Shown piece after piece: positions 21,787 through 31,210 of a stretch of 64,000 nt of DNA (position 1 is its first letter; each line of letters opens with the position of its first letter). Origin of the DNA: Candidatus Poribacteria bacterium (GTDB taxonomy: Bacteria; Poribacteria; WGA-4E; WGA-3G); contig OZ243938.1 in the NCBI GenBank assembly GCA_965214095.1, positions 5,056,001-5,120,000 of the forward strand, given 5' to 3'. Below the pieces are notes generated by a model. That model was not told the DNA's origin, did not search any database, and saw only the letters and a list, made by a program, of their open reading frames with translations. A program made the position numbers and the translations under genes.

Positions 21787-23145
21787 CTAATTTCTCACTT
21801 CTCCTTCCGTAACTCTGCGTTGTCCACTGCCCTGTTGTGGTACGGGTTCAATCGTCGGTGCATCTTCTCCTGCTTCAACCATTCTACGTATCAATCTTTC
21901 ACGCATTGCCTCCGATACTGTTTCATGTGAACGCAATCCGATAAGATTTCGTAACTCGTACGGATCGGCTTGCAGGTCATAGAGGTATTGTTCAACATAT
22001 ACATCAGAACCACCACCACTACCACTTCCTTTAGGTGCATCTACGCAGTATTTCCATCGTTGTGTTCGCACCGACCGTCCGATTTGTGCTTCACTAATTT
22101 GGACAAACACCTCCTCTTGCCAATCCTCAGTCTCACCACGTGTAAGTGGAAGAATGGATCTTCCTTGCATCTCATCAGGAACTTCTAATCCTGCTGCATC
22201 CAGCAGTGTCGGGGGAAGGTCTACAAGACTTACAAGTTGTTGTATCTGTCCACCTCCTGTGAAATCTGCACCGTGAAATGCAGTCGGAACGCGTATAGAA
22301 CTTTCGTGACATGAACGTTTATATTCACTATTGCGAGTCTTGAAATGGCACCCGTGGTCTGAAGTGAACAGAATAATTGTATTATCTAAGAGATCAAGGC
22401 TTTTCAACGCATCCAATAGTCTTCCGAGTGCTTCATCAAGCCTTTTCACCATGCCATAGTAGCCACCTAAATGCTGGTGTGTTGATCCACCCAGCGCGGC
22501 AAGGTCAGGTGGTATCCATTTCCCCGTGTATCTTTCTCTATATCCATCTGGCGGTGGGTAATCGTCAAGATGGTTTTGGTGATGTGGTTCAATATAGGAT
22601 GTAAATAGATAGAAAGGATCGTCTTTGTTCTGGTCCACATACCTTATCACAGCATCGGTTAACGCATCTACACGGTAACCGGGTAAGTCAACAGGTTCAC
22701 CGTCATTATCAAATAGTCTTGTTTGGTATGCATCAGAAGTCATTTCCAAGACATTGGAGGCTAACCAATAATCGTATCCACCACGATTTTCTTGTGGAAC
22801 TGCACCAGTGCTACCTGTATGGAGGTGCCACTTGCCTATGTATCCAGTATTGTAGCCTGCATCTCCGAAGTGATGTGCGAGTGTTTTTAGGTCTGGCGAT
22901 AGTGGAATTCCGTTTCGGTGACATCCAGTTGTGGTCGCGTATAACCCTGTCTGCAAACATGATCGGGCAGGTCCACAGACGGGTTGGCATGTAAAGGATC
23001 GGCGGACATGTGTGCCTTGTTGTGCCATTCGGTCAAAGTTCGGCATCAAGTCAAGCGGATTACCGTGCAATCCTGATGTGTCCCACCGTTGTTGGTCAGT
23101 GAAAAAGACAATGACATTCGGTTGATTTTTGTCGGTTTGTGGCAT
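21787..23145 (-). CDS. Sulfatase
   Basis: TDQQR, CGPAR FGly motif, GKWHL, TSDHG. Confidence 0.9.
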   Translation of the reverse strand: MPQTDKNQPNVIVFFTDQQRWDTSGLHGNPLDLMPNFDRMAQQGTHVRRSFTCQPVCGPARSCLQTGLYATTTGCHRNGIPLSPDLKTLAHHFGDAGYNTGYIGKWHLHTGSTGAVPQENRGGYDYWLASNVLEMTSDAYQTRLFDNDGEPVDLPGYRVDALTDAVIRYVDQNKDDPFYLFTSYIEPHHQNHLDDYPPPDGYRERYTGKWIPPDLAALGGSTHQHLGGYYGMVKRLDEALGRLLDALKSLDLLDNTIILFTSDHGCHFKTRNSEYKRSCHESSIRVPTAFHGADFTGGGQIQQLVSLVDLPPTLLDAAGLEVPDEMQGRSILPLTRGETEDWQEEVFVQISEAQIGRSVRTQRWKYCVDAPKGSGSGGGSDVYVEQYLYDLQADPYELRNLIGLRSHETVSEAMRERLIRRMVEAGEDAPTIEPVPQQGSGQRRVTEGEVRN

Positions 23146-23182
23146 ATCTCTGTTTTCCTCTCTATTCAGTTTGGCTTATGTT

Positions 23183-23211
23183 ATTTTAATGATTTGTATA
23201 ATGGATGTCAA
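23183..23211 (-). promoter_or_regulatory. sigma70 promoter for the sulfatase-dehydratase pair
   Basis: TTGACA-17 bp-TAAAAT. Confidence 0.6.
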
Positions 23212-23297
23212 GTAGAAAGTGGAAGTAATCTTAGGGATACAGATGTAGGTGAAAAATGCAGTAAACAGTGATATAATTCCCAATTAGGTATAGATAG

Positions 23298-23957
23298 ATG
23301 AAAAACCTTTTGTTTGATTATCCCAGAAAAGACACTATAATTCAGATAGGTGATAGACAAATCAAACTCACGATTGTTGATGATCCAGATCGATTCTTGG
23401 ATACATTGAGTCGTGAGGATTGTGATGGGAGACTGTATCTACCGTACTGGACATACCTCTGGGAATCTTCTATAGGACTGGCACGTCACGCATCTGAGTT
23501 GGGTAATACAATTGCCGGACAACATATCCTTGAGATCGGTTGTGGTTTTGGACTTGCAGGAATAGTTGCCAGCCAAGTGGGAGCAGAGGTGATTTTTTCA
23601 GATTTTGAATATGATGCTCTTCTATTTGCACAACACAATGCACAGCAAAATGGTATTCGTTCTGTAGATTATGTTCAGGTGGATTGGAATACGCCGTGCT
23701 TTCAATGTCAATTTGATGTCATACTTGCATCTGATGTGATATATGAGGAACAGAATTGGCACCCCATAGTTCAATTACTAAAGAACTATCTAAAACCTGA
23801 TGGCATTGCTATTTTTTCTGAACCGAATCGCAAAAACGCAGGTGGATTTTTCAAAGATATTCGTAAAAACGGATTTACCTTTGAAAAATTCACTTGCTTT
23901 GTCACGTTAGACAATAAGGAAAGACAGGTTAACCTATACACAATTCAAAGGAATTAG
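23298..23957 (+). CDS. Class I SAM methyltransferase (METTL21/Methyltransf_16-like)
   Basis: 'PYWTYLWESSIGLA', 'LEIGCGFGL', 'DVILASDVIYE'. Confidence 0.85.
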   Translation: MKNLLFDYPRKDTIIQIGDRQIKLTIVDDPDRFLDTLSREDCDGRLYLPYWTYLWESSIGLARHASELGNTIAGQHILEIGCGFGLAGIVASQVGAEVIFSDFEYDALLFAQHNAQQNGIRSVDYVQVDWNTPCFQCQFDVILASDVIYEEQNWHPIVQLLKNYLKPDGIAIFSEPNRKNAGGFFKDIRKNGFTFEKFTCFVTLDNKERQVNLYTIQRN

Positions 23958-26161
23958 TCAGAATTCTCATCCTCAGGTTGTTTTGCTGGATGAATTTCAT
24001 AAGTGGTTCCCTTGTAAGAAACAATCACATGTTTTCCTATTGAAAGATATTGTGAGATATCAGGTTCTTTCTTTAGCAGATCAAAATATGCATCGGTACC
24101 AAATTCAATCTTCTTGGTCTTTGTCTCAGATTTATATGTGGTATCAACCCAAACACCATCTTTAAGATGGAAGGTTTTATTTTTCACCTGCTTAATTGTA
24201 ATTGCCGTTTCTGCTAACTGCTCACCTTTCTGGAGTTTTTGTAACTCTATACTTTCTAGAACCACCATTTCTCTTGCGCTTGGTGCAGTTACAGGTTGTA
24301 CCAAATCAACATTAACTCTCGATTCACTGACCTTTGGAGCATGGGTACTAACAGATCGTGCCATTTTTGCATAAAGATCTGATCTCCCTCTTTGTGAGCG
24401 ACTTAAAACTGGATTCTGTTTCTGTTCTTCTGTTACAAGAAATGACGTGTAAGGCGTCATGATCCCGTACTTTTCGCTGAGTCGCACAATTTCCTCTTCC
24501 AATTCCTTATTTTCTCCGTTTAGCCTAACTTCGTCAACAAGATATGCAACCTTACGTTGTGCCCACAACCTTGGGAGAAATTGGTGATCGGACTCATTCT
24601 TTGGGAACTTTGCATTATTGGAGAATTCCTTTCTTTCTCCGTTGATGTCTCCATGCAAAATCAATTCAGATTTCCCGCTGCCTACATATCTGCCAAGTAC
24701 AGTCAACTGGGAACCGCGAAATAGATGTGGTAACTTCCGCGGATAGAGATTTTTTGTTTTTATGTTCTCTATTTCCAAATCCAAATTGACGAGAATAGGT
24801 TCGCTCACCTTTGTGTAGAAAGATGAAACAACGACCTCTAAATCTTCTTGCGGTTTGACATACTGACGTGTGCCACCGTTTTGTTCAGCCATTTTGTCAA
24901 GTAGATTGACGTTTACATCGTATCCGACACCGAAAACGAATATACGCGATTTATCCCCATTTCTTCCAGAGACATTCTTGAGAATTTGCGTGGCATCTGT
25001 TACACCGACAGTTGCTTCTCCATCAGTGAGAAAGACTACGATGCGCGGTCGTTTTGGGTCTGGTGTGTCGGATATAGCAGCAAGTAGTGCGTCATTGATA
25101 TTTGTGCCGCCAGTCCCTGTAATATCATCAATAAACTCAATTGCATTTTTGCGTTCCTTTTTGACAGAAACTAATTCTTTAGAAAACGGTTCAACATCTG
25201 TATTGAAAAGGATGAGGTTAAATCGGTCTCCATCGTTTAGATTTTCTACACAAAAACGGAGTGCCTTTTTCGCTTGCTCTATTTTAGGTCCTTTCATGCT
25301 TCCAGAACGGTCAAGAATAAAGATAAAGTCTTTTTCAATTATCTTTTTCTTATCAATCTCATATTTTGGAGAGATAAGGAGCATAAAAAAGCCATCTTCA
25401 TCTGGATCATCGCGATGGGTTATTAGGTCAATCCCGAAATCTTTGTCGGATAGGGAATAGTAGCAGGCAAAATCTCGTACAACATTAACATTATTTCCCT
25501 CATAACTGATTGTCGCACGATGATCATCTTTGCGATTAACTGCAACTTCATGTGAGGGGGAATAGATTGTCTTGAGTTCATGCTTGCTCTTTAGGTCAAT
25601 TGAAACGGAGAGACTACCAACAGGAAAATTCGTGAATTTGTCGGTTTTTAGTGGATATGTATATCTTGCTAATGCCGAATCTACACCTATAACCTGAGAG
25701 TATTCCAATTGGATACGTCTTTCTCCGTTTGGAGGAATTGGGAACACTCTTGCCTGAAATGCACGAGTGCCGACATACTCCAACAGTGCGGGGTCTTGCA
25801 TGGAACGGACAATCCCTTCATAGATACTCTTTGCTTTTGCTTTCGCGAGTAGTTCTGCTTTTACAGGTTGTCCATCTATGTATAGCACAAAATTTGAAAT
25901 GGCAACTTCATCTTGTAATGGAAAGAGATATGTGCCTTCAAGTTGCATGTTGTTTGGATTAGCGAATACCTGATCAATTTTCGTTGTTGCGAGCTGGTTG
26001 TCAATAGAAACGTTCACATGGTGTTTTTCAATTCTTAGGTTTTGGATTTGCGGTGCACGTCGTCCAGTCGTCCTGATTATTATGCCTTGTGCCTCAGCAA
26101 ATTGGACTACTCCCGCGAGGAGTAGTATTAATATGGTCGTGAGGAAATTTAATTTTCTCAT
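23954..26161 (-). CDS. Secreted VIT + vWA domain protein
   Basis: Signal peptide; VIT 'TKIDQVFANPN..LEGTYLFP'; MIDAS DRSGS, TDG; 'YGIMTPYTSFL'. Confidence 0.88.
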   Translation of the reverse strand: MRKLNFLTTILILLLAGVVQFAEAQGIIIRTTGRRAPQIQNLRIEKHHVNVSIDNQLATTKIDQVFANPNNMQLEGTYLFPLQDEVAISNFVLYIDGQPVKAELLAKAKAKSIYEGIVRSMQDPALLEYVGTRAFQARVFPIPPNGERRIQLEYSQVIGVDSALARYTYPLKTDKFTNFPVGSLSVSIDLKSKHELKTIYSPSHEVAVNRKDDHRATISYEGNNVNVVRDFACYYSLSDKDFGIDLITHRDDPDEDGFFMLLISPKYEIDKKKIIEKDFIFILDRSGSMKGPKIEQAKKALRFCVENLNDGDRFNLILFNTDVEPFSKELVSVKKERKNAIEFIDDITGTGGTNINDALLAAISDTPDPKRPRIVVFLTDGEATVGVTDATQILKNVSGRNGDKSRIFVFGVGYDVNVNLLDKMAEQNGGTRQYVKPQEDLEVVVSSFYTKVSEPILVNLDLEIENIKTKNLYPRKLPHLFRGSQLTVLGRYVGSGKSELILHGDINGERKEFSNNAKFPKNESDHQFLPRLWAQRKVAYLVDEVRLNGENKELEEEIVRLSEKYGIMTPYTSFLVTEEQKQNPVLSRSQRGRSDLYAKMARSVSTHAPKVSESRVNVDLVQPVTAPSAREMVVLESIELQKLQKGEQLAETAITIKQVKNKTFHLKDGVWVDTTYKSETKTKKIEFGTDAYFDLLKKEPDISQYLSIGKHVIVSYKGTTYEIHPAKQPEDENSD

Positions 26162-26225
26162 CTAATCTTCGGGCAGGAGACCCAATCCTTTAGGTTTGGG
26201 AGGAATGCCCGCTCCTATGTTTTTC

Positions 26226-26254
26226 TTGACAATAAATGTCAAACTTGCTAAAAT
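26226..26254 (+). promoter_or_regulatory. Internal sigma70 promoter of the mini-element
   Basis: TTGACA-17 bp-TAAAAT. Confidence 0.7.
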
Positions 26255-26257
26255 ATA

Positions 26258-26566
26258 TTCGGAAAGTTCAATCACACGTAGTCGTGTGTGAGGTTGTCCG
26301 CAGTCTTTGGTGCTATATGTTGCGGAGCATAAAACTGAAAAACATATACGCTCTCACTACCATAGACACATAACAATTGAGTGGTAGGGACATGGGAGGT
26401 AAAAAACCCAGTCCGAAAACACACTCTCAAATAATAAGTTGCTCTTTTAGAGCAAGTGAGGTTGCTTAGAACCCACTGTGGAGACGAAATAAGACGGATG
26501 ATCCTTTTGGTGAAACGCAACGTCTATGAAGCACAAGTCCAACCCTTTAGGTTTGGGTACTATGAC
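26258..26566 (+). ncRNA. Putative structured non-coding RNA (multibranch domain plus omegaRNA-like 3' part)
   Basis: TTCGGA(26258)/TCCGAA(26412) closing stem around TCACACG/CGTGTG, TCCGCA/TGCGGA and CTACCA/TGGTAG stems; then TTGCTCT-TTT-AGAGCAA; directly after the promoter. Confidence 0.5.
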
Positions 26567-26627
26567 TGGAGACCTCCATCGTAATGTAAGGTTTGTCAGA
26601 AAGACTTTGTCAATTTTAAGAACAGAA

Positions 26628-28955
26628 TTAACTTGTCTGCATCGCTTCTAAATCCATCAAACGACGTGCCTTCCGTACAAGCTTGAACAATTCTTTTTCC
26701 TGCTCTTCACTTTCGGAATTCTTAGACTGTAGTTGAGGTAGAATGCCTTTGAGAATTCGCTGCACTGCACCTAAACTACCATCCTTTGCCCAATAACTTT
26801 CGCGTAGGATTTCAGCGAATTGTGCGACTGAGGCAGCAACCTGAAAATCCGGTGTAGTATCTTCAAATGAATCTTTCAGGTCTTCAACGCTGATTTTTTC
26901 ATTGACTTCCGTCACCTCTGCTGTGTCAGGATCTTCATGCCGAATAAAGACAGTGGCAAGTTTCTCTTTATCCACATTCTTGCAGAGTTTGACTTCATAG
27001 AGTGCGGTAACACTGTGTCCCGAACCGATTTCACCCGCATCTGCTTCATCGTTACGGAAATCTTCGTGTTCCATCTGACGGTTCTCGTACCCTAACAATC
27101 GGAACCGACTGACTGTATCCTCGTTGAATTCCACCTGAATTTTCGCATCCTTTGCAATAACCTGAAGCGTGCCTGTCAGATTTTGCACAAAGATTCGTTT
27201 CGCTTCTCTGAGGCTGTCAACGTAGGCATAATTTCCGTTGCCTTTCTTGGCAAGTTCTTCCATTAGGACATCGTTGAAATTGCCCATGCCGAACCCGACT
27301 GTAGTGAGGTAAATATCATCTTGATCCACATAATCACGGATTTCTTTGAGTAGCATAGCGGGATCTGTTACCCCTTGGTTTGCCACGCCATCTGAGCATA
27401 AGATAACACGATTGATACAACCTTTTTCCGCATTCTTACTGGCAAGTTCATATCCTTTGTGTATCCCGTCTTCAACATTGGTTACACCTTCAGGACATAG
27501 AGCATCAATTGCATTCAAAATATGTTTTCGGTTCACTGCACTTGTATGTGGCAGAACAACCCGTGCATCTGTGCCGTAGACAACAATGCCGATCTTATCA
27601 TTCGGACCAAGTTGCTCTACTAAGAGACGTAACGCTTTCTTCACAAGACCTAATCGATTTTCCATACCCATTGAACCGGATACATCTATGACAAATGTTA
27701 GATTTGCATCCTTTCGGTCAGTATCTTCTATGATTTTTCCTTGAATACCGATACGGACTAATTGGAGTCTTTTACCGTTTCCAAATTTTGAGGGTGCCCC
27801 TTCAATGTGAACGGCAAATGCATCTTCTGTTGGCGGTGTGTAGTTGTAATCAAACGCATTGATAAATTCCTCAACTCTGACAGACTCTGGTTGTGGGAGA
27901 TTGCCATCGTGGAGAAAACGACGCATGACTGCGTAAGATGCAGAATCTGTGTCCATAGCAAAGGTAGAAAACTTGTCATCTTCTGTGTCAATGAAAGGAT
28001 TGGTGCCATGTCCTTTGAAGAATACATCGTGATATGCAGTTCCGTTTGGTGGGGTTAATCCCAATCTTGACACGGACTGTCTGCGTAACACAGATTGCTC
28101 CATGAGCCTTTCAGTACCTCTCACATTCAGAGGTATAGACCTTGATAGTCGCTGTTCCATTAGCTCTGGAGAAGAATTCGCCTTAACGAGAGAATCCATT
28201 GCAACACCAACACGTCCGCTGCGGAATTCTAGTTCAGATACTTCTGACAATCCAAAATCTTCTTCAAATGAGAGGAGTTCTGCAGCTGTACGTGGACGTT
28301 CAACCAAGGAATATGAACATACAAAGTTTTTGTCTAACTGGACATCGTTGCTTTGGTAGGTCAGTTTCGCAAGCCCTTCAGATTCTTGGTCAATCTTGAC
28401 AGCGTGTGAAGGGGAATTGACAGTTTTTATCCCAATTCCATTATCTATAACTATGGACATCTCAAAATTACCAACAGATTGGTTGCTTTTTAATGGATGC
28501 GTGTAGGTGATATTTTCATCAGTAAAATTTAGACGTTCATCATACCTTATCTGAACACTACACGCGCCTCTAGCAGGAATCTTTAACACCTTCGTCTGTA
28601 AGTGTGAAGATGTAATCGACTCTAAAATGTCAGCATCTGAAGTCTGGAAGGCATCCCCATATATCTCTTTTAATTTTTTCTTATTTGCCAGTTTAATAGG
28701 AATTACCTTTTTATCAATACGGACTTCATATCCCTTGTTTCTTTCCTGTTTAGGTTGTGGAATAATGAACACACCCTCAACTGGCGAATTATTTGGATTT
28801 CTGAAAACGACTTCAACATCCGTCTGAGTAATTGCGTTTTGAATTCGGACATTCAAAAGGTAGTGTTCAATAAGCAGCTTTTCAAACTTGCGGGTTTCAT
28901 CTGGACGTTGAAGAAATAAAGTTTGTGCTAATGCACGAAGTTCTGATTTTTTCAT
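26628..28955 (-). CDS. Chimeric VIT-like + YfbK-type vWA protein
   Basis: N-half similar to the VIT region of 23954..26161; C-half similar to 29365..31050 (DVSGS MIDAS, IAKDAKIQVEFN, DAGEIGSGH). Confidence 0.85.
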   Translation of the reverse strand: MKKSELRALAQTLFLQRPDETRKFEKLLIEHYLLNVRIQNAITQTDVEVVFRNPNNSPVEGVFIIPQPKQERNKGYEVRIDKKVIPIKLANKKKLKEIYGDAFQTSDADILESITSSHLQTKVLKIPARGACSVQIRYDERLNFTDENITYTHPLKSNQSVGNFEMSIVIDNGIGIKTVNSPSHAVKIDQESEGLAKLTYQSNDVQLDKNFVCSYSLVERPRTAAELLSFEEDFGLSEVSELEFRSGRVGVAMDSLVKANSSPELMEQRLSRSIPLNVRGTERLMEQSVLRRQSVSRLGLTPPNGTAYHDVFFKGHGTNPFIDTEDDKFSTFAMDTDSASYAVMRRFLHDGNLPQPESVRVEEFINAFDYNYTPPTEDAFAVHIEGAPSKFGNGKRLQLVRIGIQGKIIEDTDRKDANLTFVIDVSGSMGMENRLGLVKKALRLLVEQLGPNDKIGIVVYGTDARVVLPHTSAVNRKHILNAIDALCPEGVTNVEDGIHKGYELASKNAEKGCINRVILCSDGVANQGVTDPAMLLKEIRDYVDQDDIYLTTVGFGMGNFNDVLMEELAKKGNGNYAYVDSLREAKRIFVQNLTGTLQVIAKDAKIQVEFNEDTVSRFRLLGYENRQMEHEDFRNDEADAGEIGSGHSVTALYEVKLCKNVDKEKLATVFIRHEDPDTAEVTEVNEKISVEDLKDSFEDTTPDFQVAASVAQFAEILRESYWAKDGSLGAVQRILKGILPQLQSKNSESEEQEKELFKLVRKARRLMDLEAMQTS

Positions 28956-29096
28956 CGTGATCTCCTTTATTGTATTTTTGGGTTTGTGATTTGTGTGACT
29001 TAGTTGTAAATGGAAGAGTTGTTTTGCATTTAGTTGGAATATATCTTAAACGCAATATGGGAAGAGAAAAGGTATCTCAACTCTACAATTACGCTA

Positions 29097-29121
29097 AGAC
29101 GTTTTAGTGGCAAAAAGGTTT
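29097..29121 (-). promoter_or_regulatory. Possible ECF-sigma promoter
   Basis: Minus strand AAAC-16 bp-CGTCT upstream of 28955. Confidence 0.35.
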
Positions 29122-29158
29122 AATATATTTGGAAGTAAATCATGGTATCAGACAGAAC

Positions 29159-29185
29159 ATAGGGCGGGCACAAGGTCCGCCCTAT
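29159..29185. repeat. REP-like palindrome / possible terminator
   Basis: ATAGGGCGG-GCACAAGGT-CCGCCCTAT. Confidence 0.55.
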
Positions 29186-29211
29186 AATCTACAAGGAACT
29201 AAGCAGAAAGA

Positions 29212-31050
29212 TTAACCCTCTTCCTGTTCTTTCAACTGACGTGCCTTTTGCACAAGCTCAAGCAACTCCTCTTTCCGCTCTTCTTGCTGAGGTGTTTTTG
29301 ACTCAATCTCCTGAAGAACGCCTTCAATTGTCTCTTGAACAGTAGTTAAAGAACCTTTTTTTGCTCAAAAACTTCCCCGAAGGATTTCAGCGAACTCCGC
29401 AATTGCACCGACAAGTTGAAACTCAGCAGATGCATCTTGATATGAACCTTTCAATTGTTCTGAGGAGATAGTTTCGCTAACCTCTGTAACCTTTTGTGTG
29501 TCGGGGTTTTCATGCCGAATAAAGACAGTTGCAAGTTTGCCAATCGCATCTTCATGAAGTTTAATCTCATAGAGTGCGGTTACGCTATGTCCAGATCCAA
29601 CTTCCCCTGCGTCTACATCGTCTTTGCGGAAATCTTCATGTGCAAGTGCACGATTTTCATATCCGAGTAGGCGGAAACGACTGACTGTGTCGGGGTTGAA
29701 CTCAACCTGTATCTTTGCATCTTTTGCGATGACTTGTAGTGTGCCAGTAAGATTCTCTACGAACACCCGTTTTGCTTCTTTAAAGGTGTCAACATAAGCA
29801 TAACTACCGTTCCCTTTATTGGCAAGTCGTTCCATCAAAACATCGTTGTAGTTACCCATGCCAAAGCCGACTGTAGTAAGCGTTACACCTTCCTTAACAT
29901 AGTTCCCTATTGTATTAAGGATAGCATCAGGACCTGTATTCCCAACGTTTGCTACACCATCTGAACAGAGGATTACACGGTTGATGCAATTTGACTTTGA
30001 GTTCTTTAGTGCAAGTTTGTATCCCATCCGAAGTCCTGCTTCCGCATTCGTTGACCCTTCTGAACGAAGTTGATTAATTGCCTCTGTGATATATTCACGG
30101 TTCTCTATACCAGTATGTTCAAGAACAACCCGTGAATCAGAACCATAAACTACGATCCCAACCTTATCAGTAGGACGAAGTTGATCAACAAGAAGTGTCA
30201 ATGCTCTTTTCACTAAACCTAACCGATTTTCCATGTTCATTGAACCAGAGACATCAACCACAAAGGTAAGTATAGCGTCTTTTCGGTCTGTATCTGGAAT
30301 GACGCGACCTTGAATACCGACACGGAGTAACTGAAGTCGTTTACCTTCTCCAAATTTAGAAGGAGCACCTTCTACGTGAACTGCAAATGCATCATCTTTG
30401 GGAGGCGTATAGTTGTAATCAAACGCATTAACAAATTCTTCAGCGCGGATAGCGTCTGTAGGCGGAAGGTTTCCATCTCGGAGATAACGACGCATTACAG
30501 AATATGAAGCAGTGTCTACATCCATCGCAAATGTAGAGAAGTTGTCATCTTCTGTATCAATGAAAGGGTTGGTGCCATGGTCTTTATAGAAAACATCTTG
30601 ATACGCTGCACCGTTTGGTGGGTTTAATTGCGGTGCTTGTAGTTGTAATGATGCTACTTGATTTGGTTGGCTCGCTGCACGCGAATAAGCCAATTGTGGT
30701 GTACTATTTACTACACTCAGGTTGGAGTGGATACTCGCTTTAGGCACAGGTACATTGGAAGCAATTGACTCTGACGATTTCATCATCCTTTGGGAAATTG
30801 GTTTAGATAGTCTTTTGGTGTGTGCAACCGTCTCTTGCACCGTAACATTCTGCGGACTAACTATACCTCTCACAATTGGTCTACTAAGTCTTGGTTTCGG
30901 TGGATCCGGTGGTTCAAACGTCTCTACTGCGACGACATCTTTGATTTGCTGGGTTTCTTGGTTATCTAAACGAAGGTTGATGATAGTTACAACGATGAGG
31001 AGGAGCGCAAGTGAAATAAAAAACGCCCCTGCGATTCTTTTGATACGCAT
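29212..31050 (-). CDS. YfbK-type vWA protein with N-terminal anchor; premature TGA at 29365-29367
   Basis: vWA/DUF3520-like; frame continues 50 codons past the TGA with homology to the paralog's C-terminus. Confidence 0.8.
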
Positions 31051-31096
31051 TGCTTTTTACCTCCAAAAGTAAAAACAGGTGATTTAGATTGTTAAT

Positions 31097-31112
31097 AGCA
31101 AATTGTATGCCA
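31097..31112 (-). promoter_or_regulatory. sigma54 -24/-12 promoter
   Basis: TGGCAT-ACAAT-TTGCT matches TGGCAC-N5-TTGCW; 47 bp upstream of the vWA gene; inverted repeats upstream. Confidence 0.75.
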
Positions 31113-31210
31113 ATACAAGAACGCAAAATTTAGGTCTTTTTGCAGGACTCTCGGCAGAATCCTGCACTAACCTGTGCATTTTCTATACAGTGCTGCACGA
31201 AAATGGACAA

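Larger units (their letters stand above)
26170..26566 (+). mobile_element. Non-autonomous IS200/IS605-type mini-element with omegaRNA-like right end
   Basis: Left end CGGGCA-GGAGA-CCCAATCCTTTAGGTTTGGG-AGGAA-TGCCCG; right end CTGTGGAGACG..AAGAC...CGTCTATGAAGCA..CCAACCCTTTAGGTTTGGGTACTATGAC resembles tnpB right ends; no transposase ORF. Confidence 0.75.

Noticed and set aside
26272-26520. 82-aa minus-strand ORF inside the mini-element
   Set aside because: No recognisable transposase or TnpB motifs; antisense to the predicted structured RNA
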